A stretch of 64,000 bases of DNA from Alphaproteobacteria bacterium (GCA_963665325.3 OZ224045.1:64001-128000); one strand, 5' to 3'; shown: positions 10,388 to 20,109, counted from the first letter of the stretch. Notes: generated by a model not told the origin, from the letters alone. A program made the numbers and translations.

Positions 10388-11146
10388 ATGCAGTTCACGG
10401 TTCGCGGATTGCGCAGGCAGGTCGCCGGCCATGCGGCAGCGCTTGCAGGCGTCGTCGCGCTGTTTTCCTTCATCGGCCCCTTCGGGACCTACGATTCGAT
10501 GAACCCTTTGGGGCGCGCCGGCTACTGGGTGTTGGCGATGAGCGGCAATTGGAGCATCTGGGCCGGCTCGGTGCTGCTCACGCTGCACCTGACGCACGGC
10601 TGGCCGCACCGCCGCCGGGGCCTTGCGCTGGCGCTGGCGGCGGTATTGGCCGCCGTGCCCGGAACCGCAGTTGTTTTCGCCGCTGAAACGCTTTTCCGGC
10701 CAAGTTATGTCGGCCTGAACCGGCTGCCGGAGGTCTATCTTGGGGTCGCGGTGATAGGGCTGCTCATCAGCGCCGCGGTCCTTGCGGTTCGCAACCGGCC
10801 CGCTTCGCAAACGCAGGAAGCACCCGCTGCTGCACGGCCCCGTTTCCTAGACCGCCTGCCGCACGGGATCGGCCGCGACCTCGTCTATCTCAGGATGGCC
10901 GACCACTATGTCGAGGCCTTCACCACGGCGGGTTCCGACCTCGTGCCGATGCGCTTTGCGGACGCTGTCGCTGAACTGGAAGGCGCGGACGGGATGCGCG
11001 TCCACCGCTCCTACTGGGTGGCGCGCGCGCATGTGACAGGCTCGGTGCGCGAAAAGGGCCGCCCGACACTCTGCCTCACCGGCGGCCACAAGATTCCCGT
11101 CAGCCGCACCTACCTTCCGCAGGTGCGTGCGGCCGGGTTAATCTGA
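10388..11146 (+). CDS. Membrane-bound LytTR-domain transcriptional regulator (alternative start 10349)
   Basis: About four hydrophobic segments, then LytTR motifs ADHYVE, MRFADA, GMRVHRSYWVA, IPVSRTY. Confidence 0.87.
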   Translation: MQFTVRGLRRQVAGHAAALAGVVALFSFIGPFGTYDSMNPLGRAGYWVLAMSGNWSIWAGSVLLTLHLTHGWPHRRRGLALALAAVLAAVPGTAVVFAAETLFRPSYVGLNRLPEVYLGVAVIGLLISAAVLAVRNRPASQTQEAPAAARPRFLDRLPHGIGRDLVYLRMADHYVEAFTTAGSDLVPMRFADAVAELEGADGMRVHRSYWVARAHVTGSVREKGRPTLCLTGGHKIPVSRTYLPQVRAAGLI

Positions 11147-11173
11147 TCCGCAGAAGAATACGGGCATTCCAAA

Positions 11174-12304
11174 ATGGTCTTCCGGTTCGTGCACACAGCC
11201 GACTGGCAACTCGGCAAGCAGTTCGCCAACATTCCGGGCGACGCGGGCGCTGCGCTGCGCGACCGCCGCATTGAGACGGTCAAGGCGGTCGGTAGGCTGG
11301 CGGCGGAGCGGGGCGTGGATGCCGTGCTGGTGGCCGGCGACGCCTTCGAAGACAACGCCGTGGCCGACCGCACGCTGATCCGCATGATGGAGGCGTTGAA
11401 GGCGTTTCCCGGCGAGTGGGTGTTCATTCCGGGCAATCACGACTCCGCACTTGCCGATTCGGCATGGACCCGCCTGTTGCACCGGAACCCGCCCGCCAAT
11501 GTGCATCTGGCCCTCGAACCGGAGACGCCGCTGTCGCTCGCCGGCGGGCGGGCCGTCGTGCTGCCGGCGGTGCTGCAGCGCCGGCACGAGATTGACGACC
11601 TCACGGCATGGTTCGACCGTGCGGAGACGCCGGGCGGCGCCATCCGAATCGGGCTTGCGCACGGATCGGTTCCCGAATTTTTGCCCGATTCCTCCGGCAC
11701 GCCGAATCCCATTGCCGCTGGCCGCGCCGATGCCGCGCGGCTCGACTATCTCGCGCTGGGGGACTGGCACGGGACGCTCGGAATAAACGACCGGACTCTG
11801 TATGCCGGCACGCCGGAAACCGACAGCTTCGCATCCAGCGATCCCGGCAATGTGCTGGTGGTGACGATTCCCGAGCCGGGGGCGCCGCCCGAAGTGGAAA
11901 AGGTCGCGACCGGTCATTTCGCCTGGCGGTCCGAGGCGGCGGAGGTCCGCGGCGCCGACGATATAGAGGCGCTCGACCGGAAGATCGCTGAGCTGGCGCC
12001 GGAGCCGGGGCGATGCCTCCTCCGGCTGACGCTCTCCGGCGCTGTCGATCTGGCCGCCGGCGCAAGGCTGCGGGAGCGCCTGGAATACTGGGGCGCGTTG
12101 CTCCACCACCTGGATGTCCGCGAAGACGGCCTGCTGGACGAGCCGAGCGACGACGACCTGGACCGCATCGACCGCGGCGGCTTCGTACGTACGGCCGTGG
12201 AACGCCTGCGGAGCCGTGCGCAGGACGAGGCCGACCCCGACCGAGCCGCCGCCGCGATGGCGCTGGTCCGGCTCTACGAAACCCATGTCGGCACGGGGGA
12301 ATAG
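11174..12304 (+). CDS. SbcD/Mre11-like metallophosphoesterase nuclease
   Basis: FVHTADWQLG, VAGDAFE, IPGNHD, LAHGS, YLALGDWHG, YAGTPETD. Confidence 0.9.
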   Translation: MVFRFVHTADWQLGKQFANIPGDAGAALRDRRIETVKAVGRLAAERGVDAVLVAGDAFEDNAVADRTLIRMMEALKAFPGEWVFIPGNHDSALADSAWTRLLHRNPPANVHLALEPETPLSLAGGRAVVLPAVLQRRHEIDDLTAWFDRAETPGGAIRIGLAHGSVPEFLPDSSGTPNPIAAGRADAARLDYLALGDWHGTLGINDRTLYAGTPETDSFASSDPGNVLVVTIPEPGAPPEVEKVATGHFAWRSEAAEVRGADDIEALDRKIAELAPEPGRCLLRLTLSGAVDLAAGARLRERLEYWGALLHHLDVREDGLLDEPSDDDLDRIDRGGFVRTAVERLRSRAQDEADPDRAAAAMALVRLYETHVGTGE

Positions 12305-12307
12305 GCG

Positions 12308-14989
12308 GTGCGGATAGACCGGTTCGCTGTCCGCGACTTCCGCAAGCTCGCCGGGGGCGTGGCGGTGGAGGGCCTGGAGCCCGGCATCACCGTCATCGTC
12401 GGCGACAATGAGGAAGGCAAGTCCACGCTGCTGAAGGCGCTCCAGAGCGCCTTCTTCGACCGGCACAACCTGACAGGCAAGGCCGTCGATCAGATGAGGC
12501 CGTTCGGGGTGCATGGCGCGCAACCGGGAATCGAGGTCGATTTTGAACTCGCAGGCACCGGTTACCGTCTGGAAAAGACGTTCCGGCCGAGTCCGACGGC
12601 GTTGCTCGAAGGTGGCGGCGAACGGTGGCAAGGAGATGCAGCGGAAGAAGAACTGCGTAACCTGCTGGGCTTTTCGCCTCCCGGAAAGGGTGCGGCAAAG
12701 GACGAACACAGGGGCCTCGCCGGTCTGCTCTGGGTCGAGCAGGGCCGCGCCTTCGAGCCACTCGGCATGAACCGCGACACCCAGGCGGTGCTGAGGGAGG
12801 CGATAGAAGGCGAGGTCGGGCAAGTCCTCGGCGGGGAGCGCGGCCGCCGGCTGCTGGACCTCGTGGAGAAGCGCGCCGGCGGCTATTTCACCCGGACGGG
12901 CCGCGAGCGTGATGCGTTAGCCGGTCCCCGCAAGCGTGTCGAGGCGCTTGAGGAGGAATGCAAGGCAGCGGAAACCGAAATCCACGCCTATGACGACAAG
13001 GTGAGGCGGCTCGGGCAGTTGCAGGAAAGCCTCGCCCGCCACAGTCGCGACGGTTCGCTCGCCAGGGCGGAGGAGGAAGCCGGGAAGGCCGGCGCCGCGC
13101 TTCGCCGGCTCGCAGAGGTCGAGGGCCGGCTCGAAACCGCCAAAGTGCGAATGGAACAGGCGCAAAGCGCCGGCGAGGCGGCCGAGGCCGCGCGAGAACG
13201 CCGCGCGGCGCTGATCGAAGAGACCGAAGCTGCCGGCCGGCAGACCGGGGCGGCAGAGGCGGTGCTCAAGGAATTGGAGCCCGACTATCTCAATGCCGAG
13301 CGAAGGCTGGCGGAGGCGGACGAGCGGCTTGCCACCTGCAACAGGCGGCGGGAGGAGGCGAATGCAGGCTGGGAGGCGGCGCGCCGGGCACTTGAGCGAG
13401 CAGAACTCGCGGCCGGACTGGAGACGCTCGACGAGCGGCTGAAGCAAGCCGAATCGCTGGAGGAACGGATCGAGCAGGACCGGCAGGCGCTCGCCGCCGA
13501 TCCGGTGGATGAGGATGTCGTCGCCAGGCTGCGGGAAATGCGCGCGAAGCAGATCGCGTTGGACGCCGCGCTCGATGCTGCTGCCGCCACGCTCGCATTT
13601 GCGCCGGAGGGCGGCCGGAGCGTGTCGCTGGACGGGCGGCCGATCGATACCGGCCGCCCGGTCCGCGTTACCGAGAGCAGCGCCTTCGAACTCCAGGATT
13701 TCGGCAAGCTGGAGGTCGTCCCCGGCGGCCGAGACCTTGCGCGGTTGCGCGCCGACCTATCCGAACTGGAAAGCCGGATGCGGGAACAGCTTCGCCGTCT
13801 GGACCGGGCGGATCTGGCCGGTGCGGAAGCCGCCTTGCGCGCCAGACAAGCCCTGGAGGCAGAGGTGGAAAACCGGCGTGGCGAACTCAGGGGCGTTGCG
13901 CCGGACGGGATTGAAACTCTTCGGGAGACCGTTCGGAAGGGACGGGCGCGCCTGTCGGCGCTTGCGGGGCCGGATGCGGGCGACGCGCCCGATGCCGAAA
14001 CGGCGCGGGACGCCGAGCGGGAGGCGCACCGGGACCGGGAAGATGCGGAACGCGCTGCGGAGCAGGCAATGCGGGAACGGGACGAGGTCCGCAAGCTCCA
14101 CGACCGGCTGCGCGAAGGCCGCATAAAGGCGGACGCCGAGCACAGGCAGAAAGCGGAAGCGGCGACAGGGCGCCGGGCCGCGCTGGAAGAGGAGCGCCGC
14201 AAAGCGGCGGACGACGAGTTGGCGGCTCGTGCCGCAGCGGCGGCGCAAGGGCTGGCGGACCGCATTTCGGAGCACGATACGGTGCTGGCGGAGCGGGACT
14301 CCATGAATCCGGAGGCGCTGCGTATTGAGCGGCAACGCGCGGAGGAGGCCCACGACCGGCTGCGGGTGAGAATCGGGGACAGTGAGCGCGCCGAACGCGA
14401 CCTTGCCATCGAGCTGCGCACGCAGGGCGAAAGGGGGCTGGCGGAGGAACTGGAGCGCAAGCGGGGCGAGCGCGACATCGCCCGCAGCGACCTGGCGCGG
14501 ATCGAGGCCGATGCGAAGGCGTGGAAACTGTTGCTGGATACGCTCCGCGCAGCGGAACGGGAAGCGAAGGAAACCTTCCTCGGGCCGGTGCGCGACCGCC
14601 TGCAGCCCTATCTGCGCATGCTCTTCCCGGAAACCGAGTTGCACCTGAACGAGGACGACCTGGAGATCGTATCGCTCCGGCGGGACGGTGTGGACGAGCC
14701 GTTCGGAAGCCTCAGCATCGGCGCGCGCGAGCAGGTGGCGGTGCTGACCCGCCTGGCGTTGGCGGACCTGTTGCGCGAAAAGGGCCGGCCGGTCGCGCTG
14801 ATCCTCGATGACCCGCTGGTCAACAGCGACAACGAGCGCTTCCGGCGCATGGAGCTGGCCCTCAGGAAAGCGGCGGCGTCCCTCCAGATCGTCGTCCTGA
14901 CTTGCCATGAAGCCCGCTACGAGTCGCTGGGCGCGAAAGTCGTCCGGCTGGCGGACTGCCACCGGAGGATAGCGGCCCCCGTTATCTGA
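12308..14989 (+). CDS. Rad50/SbcC/YhaN-like coiled-coil ABC-ATPase
   Basis: GTG start 3 bp after the nuclease stop. Walker A GDNEEGKST, Q-loop WVEQG, long E/A/R-rich coiled coils, signature SLSIGAREQ, Walker B LILDD, H-loop LTCH. Confidence 0.88.
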   Translation: MRIDRFAVRDFRKLAGGVAVEGLEPGITVIVGDNEEGKSTLLKALQSAFFDRHNLTGKAVDQMRPFGVHGAQPGIEVDFELAGTGYRLEKTFRPSPTALLEGGGERWQGDAAEEELRNLLGFSPPGKGAAKDEHRGLAGLLWVEQGRAFEPLGMNRDTQAVLREAIEGEVGQVLGGERGRRLLDLVEKRAGGYFTRTGRERDALAGPRKRVEALEEECKAAETEIHAYDDKVRRLGQLQESLARHSRDGSLARAEEEAGKAGAALRRLAEVEGRLETAKVRMEQAQSAGEAAEAARERRAALIEETEAAGRQTGAAEAVLKELEPDYLNAERRLAEADERLATCNRRREEANAGWEAARRALERAELAAGLETLDERLKQAESLEERIEQDRQALAADPVDEDVVARLREMRAKQIALDAALDAAAATLAFAPEGGRSVSLDGRPIDTGRPVRVTESSAFELQDFGKLEVVPGGRDLARLRADLSELESRMREQLRRLDRADLAGAEAALRARQALEAEVENRRGELRGVAPDGIETLRETVRKGRARLSALAGPDAGDAPDAETARDAEREAHRDREDAERAAEQAMRERDEVRKLHDRLREGRIKADAEHRQKAEAATGRRAALEEERRKAADDELAARAAAAAQGLADRISEHDTVLAERDSMNPEALRIERQRAEEAHDRLRVRIGDSERAERDLAIELRTQGERGLAEELERKRGERDIARSDLARIEADAKAWKLLLDTLRAAEREAKETFLGPVRDRLQPYLRMLFPETELHLNEDDLEIVSLRRDGVDEPFGSLSIGAREQVAVLTRLALADLLREKGRPVALILDDPLVNSDNERFRRMELALRKAAASLQIVVLTCHEARYESLGAKVVRLADCHRRIAAPVI

Positions 14990-15842
14990 CGGTCGTGCGC
15001 CACATGGCGCGGCGCTGGGGCCATTCGTAGTCGCGGATCGCGACATGCTGGACGGCGGGGTTGTCCCACATCAGCAGGTCGCCGACGGCCCAGCGGTGCC
15101 GGTAGATGAAGCGGTCCTCGACGATGAGGTCGGAGAGCCGCTCGATCAGCGGGAGCGCATCGGCCTCGTCCATGCCGTCTATGCCGATGCACTCGCCCTT
15201 GCGGACATAGAGCGCCTTGCGGCCGGTCTTCGGATGGGGCCGGGCGACCGGATGGCGCGCATCCGGATTCCTGTCGATCTGCGCCTGGGTCACGGCGACC
15301 GGCTTCTTCACGCCGCGTTCCTTGGCGGCGAAGCGGTGGATAGCCCGCAGGCCCTCGATGCGGTCACGGGTATCCCCGTCGAGCGCGTCATAGGCCGCCG
15401 CGGCGCTTGCGAACAGGGTGGGCCCCAGCGGCTCGCCGGCATCGTCATGCGGCACCTCCAGGGCGTAGAGCAGGGTCCGGCGCGGCGGTTCCGCGGTGTA
15501 GGACATATCCGTGTGCCAGTGGCTGCCGGCATCGGCATAGCCCAGTGCGCGTCCGCTCGCGTCCTGGAGGTTCGAGACCTTGAGTACTTCGGGAATACCT
15601 TCGAGCGCGTGCTGGTCGAAGGCATTGACCTTGATCTCGCCCAGGCGGCGGGAGAAGGCCAGCAGCTCATGCGGCGCCAGCGACTGGTTGCGGAAGCACA
15701 GAACGCTATAGCGGTCGAACGCCGCCTCGCATGCCTCGAATACCGGGTCCGGAAGCGGCGCCGACAGGTCCACGCCGAACACTTCCGCCCCCACCGGCGC
15801 ATCGCTCGGACGGATTTCGAAACCGGGGCTGTTTTCGCTCAT
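14982..15842 (-). CDS. TauD/TfdA family 2-oxoglutarate/Fe(II) dioxygenase
   Basis: GAEVFGVDL, WHTDMSY (HxD), HPKTGRKALY, HRWAVGDLLMWDN..QH, MWRTTV. Confidence 0.92.
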   Translation of the reverse strand: MSENSPGFEIRPSDAPVGAEVFGVDLSAPLPDPVFEACEAAFDRYSVLCFRNQSLAPHELLAFSRRLGEIKVNAFDQHALEGIPEVLKVSNLQDASGRALGYADAGSHWHTDMSYTAEPPRRTLLYALEVPHDDAGEPLGPTLFASAAAAYDALDGDTRDRIEGLRAIHRFAAKERGVKKPVAVTQAQIDRNPDARHPVARPHPKTGRKALYVRKGECIGIDGMDEADALPLIERLSDLIVEDRFIYRHRWAVGDLLMWDNPAVQHVAIRDYEWPQRRAMWRTTVR

Positions 15843-15868
15843 CTGGGGCCTCCCGAACCGTTCCGCCT

Positions 15869-16837
15869 CTATTCTCCCTGCAATTGCCCAGCCTGCAAAT
15901 TGCGCGCTTCCATGCGGCGGAGCAATTCGGCGGCTACCCGGGGCGTTTCATCGACGGGTTCGTAGCGCCATTCGGCCAGTCTTCCGTCGAAGGGGCGGAG
16001 CACGCCTTCCTCTCGCAGCGCCGCCTGGAAGCGCGCCAGCCGACGGCTACCGCCTGCCATGCGCGCCGCGTAAACAGGCTTTCCCGTCGATACCGCTTCG
16101 CTGGTCATGGACACCGAGTCTTCCGTGACCACGATATGCCGGGCGAGGGCCAACATTGCGAGATATGGGTTGCAGCCGGTTCCGTCCCAGAACCAGGCCT
16201 CCGGCAGGCGCGCTCTGAGCGCGTCGAGTACAGCGGGCTCCGTGCGCCGGGATGCGGTGACGGCTATCGGGCCCTCCAGCCCGGCAAGGCCCTCGACCAG
16301 CGCCTCTACGGTATCGGGCGTGAAGCGGTGGGACCGGCTGCGGCCGCCAAGCAGCACGGCGATGTTCAAATCCCCGAGCCGGCTTCTCCACGCTTCACCG
16401 GCGGCGGCGAGCGCCTCCGGCGTCAGGCGGTGCAGCGCAACCCGCGTCGCCAGCACATTGGGGCCGGTAACGCCGTCATGGCGCGGCGGAACCACCAGGT
16501 CGAAATGGCGCAGAGGGATGCGCGGATTCTGGATATGGGCGGTAAAGCACCGCCCTCCGGAGGCGTAGCGGACGGCGACTGAGACCGAGGCGCTGCGCCG
16601 GCCGCAGGTGATCAGCAGTTCCGGCCAGGGCGGGCCCAGGCGCTCCGCCAGCCCGTATTGCAGGAGCCCCGGAACCTGCCGGTGCGCCGGCAGCCAGCAC
16701 CAGGGGCGGCGCAGGCGGACGGTCCTTACCTCAAACCGTTTGCCGACTGCGGCCGCCAGCCCCTCGGCCTGGCCGGCTGCTCCGGCCTCGCCGGTCGTCA
16801 ATGCCCAAACAGGGGCGGGCGACCCGGCTTCCTTCAC
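15869..16837 (-). CDS. ELM1/GtrOC1 family protein (putative glycosyltransferase)
   Basis: PPWPELLITCGRR, HIQNP, FDLVVPPRHD, VTASRRT, NPYLAML, VVTEDSVSMTSEAVSTGKPV. GTG start. Confidence 0.85.
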   Translation of the reverse strand: MKEAGSPAPVWALTTGEAGAAGQAEGLAAAVGKRFEVRTVRLRRPWCWLPAHRQVPGLLQYGLAERLGPPWPELLITCGRRSASVSVAVRYASGGRCFTAHIQNPRIPLRHFDLVVPPRHDGVTGPNVLATRVALHRLTPEALAAAGEAWRSRLGDLNIAVLLGGRSRSHRFTPDTVEALVEGLAGLEGPIAVTASRRTEPAVLDALRARLPEAWFWDGTGCNPYLAMLALARHIVVTEDSVSMTSEAVSTGKPVYAARMAGGSRRLARFQAALREEGVLRPFDGRLAEWRYEPVDETPRVAAELLRRMEARNLQAGQLQGE

Positions 16838-16864
16838 CGGGCGCCTCCCGCTTCGCCGGCGGCG

Positions 16865-17224
16865 TCAGCGCGCTGCCGTCACCATGATCTCGACCAGGAT
16901 CTCGGGGCGTGCCAGGTCCGCCTTCACGCAGGCGCGCGCCGGGGGATTCTCGGGATCGACCCAGCTGTTCCAGACCTTGTTCATGGCCGCGAAATTGGCC
17001 ATGTCGGTGATCCATAGATTGGCCGTCAGCAGGTTGGATTTCGAGGTGCCGGCGCGCTCCAGATAGCCGTCGATCTGCTCGATAATGTCCGCGGTCTGGG
17101 CCTCCACGCCGCCGGACGTATCGCGCGCCACCAGGCCGGCCAGATATACCGTGTCGCCCCGGACCACGGCGCGGCTCATCATGGGGCCCGGCGGGCTGGT
17201 GCGGTCGAATCGTTCGATGCTCAT
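16865..17224 (-). CDS. RidA/YjgF family protein
   Basis: MSRAV..TVYLAGLVA, FAAMNKVW..W..PPARACV..L..PEILVEIMVTAA. Confidence 0.92.
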   Translation of the reverse strand: MSIERFDRTSPPGPMMSRAVVRGDTVYLAGLVARDTSGGVEAQTADIIEQIDGYLERAGTSKSNLLTANLWITDMANFAAMNKVWNSWVDPENPPARACVKADLARPEILVEIMVTAAR

Positions 17225-17279
17225 GGGGTCTCTCTCCAGGTTCGCGGTGTGTGTTGTGTGTGGATGGCGAAGCTTTCGG

Positions 17280-18041
17280 CTATCGGCGCCGCCATGTAAA
17301 GTCCAGCGCCGCGCCGTGCCTCAATATGCGTTCAATTTCAGGTGAATAGCTGCCGTTGCTACCATGCAGGACAAACCCGGGAAGCAGGGAAACCGGCGCC
17401 CGGATGTCCTTGCGTCCGCGCAGGATGACCCGGTGGGCCGGGCAGCCGTCATCCTTCGACCAGAGGGGGACGACAGCCGTCTCGCCGATTCCGGCGGCGG
17501 TATAGGCGGCGAGGTGCTCGTCCAGGCGCTCGGCCATCAGGATCGTCGTCAGCGTCCCGCCGCGCCGCACCATGGTGGCGGCGAACCGGACCCAGTGCAT
17601 GAGATCGACACCCTGCTCGACATGCGCTCTCGCCCTTTGCCGGTTCCGGGGCGGGGGACCGGCCTCGTCCGGCTGCCAGGGCGGATTCGCCATCGCATGG
17701 TCGAAGCTCGCGGGCCCGAGACGGGCAGGCGGCGCCCGCAGGTCGCCGACAATGACATCGACGGTGCGGTCGAGGCCGTTTGCCTCGATATTCTGCCTGC
17801 ACAATGCGGCGAGGGCCGGATCGAGTTCGAGGCCGGTGACGATGCAGCCCTCGATGCGGCTGGCGAGACATAGAGCCGCAGCGCCGGTTCCGGCGCCGAT
17901 ATCGAGCACACGGTCGCCGGGCGCAGCCGGCACGGCGGCGGCCAGCAGCACGGGGTCTGTCGCGACGCGGTAGCCCTCCGCTGGCTGGTGCAGGCGAACC
18001 CTGCCGCCCAGGAGAGCGTCTTCGCTGACAGCCTCGTTCAC
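17280..18041 (-). CDS. SAM-dependent N6-adenine methyltransferase (tRNA1(Val) A37 TrmN6/YfiC-like)
   Basis: LHQPAEGYRVATDPVLLAA, VLDIGAGTGAA, MANPPW. GTG start at 18041 overlaps the DUF2007 stop. Confidence 0.85.
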   Translation of the reverse strand: MNEAVSEDALLGGRVRLHQPAEGYRVATDPVLLAAAVPAAPGDRVLDIGAGTGAAALCLASRIEGCIVTGLELDPALAALCRQNIEANGLDRTVDVIVGDLRAPPARLGPASFDHAMANPPWQPDEAGPPPRNRQRARAHVEQGVDLMHWVRFAATMVRRGGTLTTILMAERLDEHLAAYTAAGIGETAVVPLWSKDDGCPAHRVILRGRKDIRAPVSLLPGFVLHGSNGSYSPEIERILRHGAALDFTWRRR

Positions 18042-18256
18042 AGTCCCCCCAGGTCCTGTTGCGCGGCTTCGAGCAGGCGCCGCGCTTCGCCATAGTCTTC
18101 GTCGGCAACCATCACGCGCCGGGGAAGGATGCCGAGGCTGCCCTCGACGATGCTGGCATGGCTGTCCAGCACCACGGCTTCCATGCCGTGCGCCGCGAGT
18201 TCGGCAACGAGCCACGAAATCGCAACGGGATCGGTGGTTTTCAATACGGCCTTCAT
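18038..18256 (-). CDS. DUF2007 family protein
   Basis: MKAVLKTTDPVAISW..LDSHASIVEGSLGILPRRVMV..EARRLL; the usual position between ispB and the methyltransferase in Alphaproteobacteria. Confidence 0.85.
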   Translation of the reverse strand: MKAVLKTTDPVAISWLVAELAAHGMEAVVLDSHASIVEGSLGILPRRVMVADEDYGEARRLLEAAQQDLGGL

Positions 18257-18335
18257 CCTGCATTCCCGGTGGTTGACCGGCTTACCGCCCGGCCTATGCT
18301 CGCCTTTCCCTCGCCTCAAGGTCAATCGCACCCCC

Positions 18336-19346
18336 GTGACACTAATAGCGGCGACATCCCCGCCGACGGCGCAGCCGCTGGCCGCGTTGCAGGCGCTTGT
18401 CGGCGCGGACATGGCGCGCGTCAACGCGCTGATCCTCGAAAGGATGCAGAACGAGGTCGCGCTGATTCCCCAATTGGCGGGCCACATCATCGCCTCCGGC
18501 GGCAAGAGGCTGCGTCCGATGCTCACACTGGCGTCGGCGCGCCTCTGCAGCTACGAGGGGCAGCAGCATGTCGACCTCGCGGCCTGCGTCGAGTTCATCC
18601 ATACGGCCACGCTGTTGCACGACGATGTCGTCGATGAGAGCCGGTTGCGGCGGGGGACGGAAACCGCCAACGCCCTCTGGGGAAACCAGGCGAGCGTATT
18701 GGTCGGGGATTTCCTGTTCAGCCGCTCGTTCCAGCTCATGGTCGATGTCGGGTCGCTGGAGGTGCTCGGGATTCTCGCCAATGCCTCCGCGACGATTGCC
18801 GAGGGCGAGGTGCGCCAGCTTGCGACCGTCAGCCGGCCCGAAACGGGTATCGCCGACTATCTGAAGGTCATCGAAGGCAAGACCGCGGCCCTGTTCGCCG
18901 CCGCTTGCCGAATCGGCGCCGTTATCGCAGATCGGCCGCACGGGGAGGCGAAGGCCCTGGAGGCCTACGGCATGAACCTTGGGATGGCCTTCCAGCTCGT
19001 CGACGACGTTCTCGACTATTCGGCGCGGCAGGCGGACCTCGGCAAGACGGTGGGAGACGACTTCGCCGAGGGCAAGGTCACGCTTCCGGTCATCCTGGCC
19101 TTCGGCCGGGGCAATGAGGAGGAACGGGCGTTCTGGCGCCGGGTGCTGTGCGAGGGACAAGGCCGGGCCGAGGACTTCCGCAGGGCCGTAGCCCTGTTGA
19201 CGCGCCATGACGCGCTGGCGGAAACGCTCGAATGGGCCCGGTCGCGGGCCGAGGACGCCAAGGGGGAACTCCGGTCCTTTCCGGACGGACCGGCGCGGAC
19301 CGTGCTGGCCGACATCGCCGATTTCTGCGTCGATCGCGTCTATTAG
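18336..19346 (+). CDS. ispB: Polyprenyl (octa/decaprenyl) diphosphate synthase
   Basis: GGKRLRP, LLHDDVVDES.LRRG, VLVGDFL, KTA, FQLVDD, GKTVGDD.EGKVTLP. Start uncertain (GTG 18336 or ATG 18411). Confidence 0.92.
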   Translation: MTLIAATSPPTAQPLAALQALVGADMARVNALILERMQNEVALIPQLAGHIIASGGKRLRPMLTLASARLCSYEGQQHVDLAACVEFIHTATLLHDDVVDESRLRRGTETANALWGNQASVLVGDFLFSRSFQLMVDVGSLEVLGILANASATIAEGEVRQLATVSRPETGIADYLKVIEGKTAALFAAACRIGAVIADRPHGEAKALEAYGMNLGMAFQLVDDVLDYSARQADLGKTVGDDFAEGKVTLPVILAFGRGNEEERAFWRRVLCEGQGRAEDFRRAVALLTRHDALAETLEWARSRAEDAKGELRSFPDGPARTVLADIADFCVDRVY

Positions 19347-19993
19347 CGGCCGGTGGCCACCAGGCGCCTGTCCAGATAGGCTTCGACCGCGTTATTCAAA
19401 TGTTCGAGATGCCGGGTGAACAGGTGGTTGGCGCCGGGAATCACCTTGTGGTCGATGACGATACCGCGCTGGGTGCGTAGCTTTTCAACCAGCTTCTCGA
19501 CGGACTCGGTGGTCACGATTTCGTCCCTCGTCCCGTTCACGATCAGGCCGGATGACGGGCAGGGTGCCAAGAAGGTGAAGTCGTACATGTTGGCTGGCGG
19601 CGCGACGGAGATGAAGCCGGAGATCTCCGGGCGGCGCATCAGCAATTGCATGCCGATCCAGGCGCCGAAGGAAAAGCCCGCGATCCAGACCTTGACGGGA
19701 TCCTTACGCAGGCTTTGCATGTGGTCGAGAATAGCCGCCGCGTCGGCTAGTTCGCCTTCTCCGCGCCCATATTCTCCCTGGGAGCGCCCGACACCGCGGA
19801 AGTTGAAGCGCATGGTGGCGAAGCCGCGCCGGACAAAGCAATGATACAGGTTGTAGACGACCTTGTTGTGCATCGTGCCGCCATGCTGTGGATGCGGGTG
19901 CAGCATCAGCGCGATCGGGGCTGTCGCCTCATCGACATGGTGGTAGCGGGCTTCGAGACGGCCTTCCGGGCCGTTCACGATGACGTCGGGCAT
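19343..19993 (-). CDS. Alpha/beta hydrolase
   Basis: GPEGRLE, HPHPQHGGTM, RFNFRGVGRSQG, nucleophile elbow GFSFG, ANHLF. Confidence 0.92.
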   Translation of the reverse strand: MPDVIVNGPEGRLEARYHHVDEATAPIALMLHPHPQHGGTMHNKVVYNLYHCFVRRGFATMRFNFRGVGRSQGEYGRGEGELADAAAILDHMQSLRKDPVKVWIAGFSFGAWIGMQLLMRRPEISGFISVAPPANMYDFTFLAPCPSSGLIVNGTRDEIVTTESVEKLVEKLRTQRGIVIDHKVIPGANHLFTRHLEHLNNAVEAYLDRRLVATGR

Positions 19994-20109
19994 GGGCAGT
20001 GAATCCCGTTATCTCCGCTCCGGGCACCGAGCCCGCCGGAGGAGTATATTTTCAAGGGTGAACGCATCCTAACTTGTGCGGGCGGTTCGGACCGTCAAGA
20101 GACTGCATC

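Noticed and set aside
6684-15046. Long opposite-strand ORFs (6684-8285, 11138-12823, 13757-15046)
   Set aside because: Shadows of well-supported genes on the other strand.
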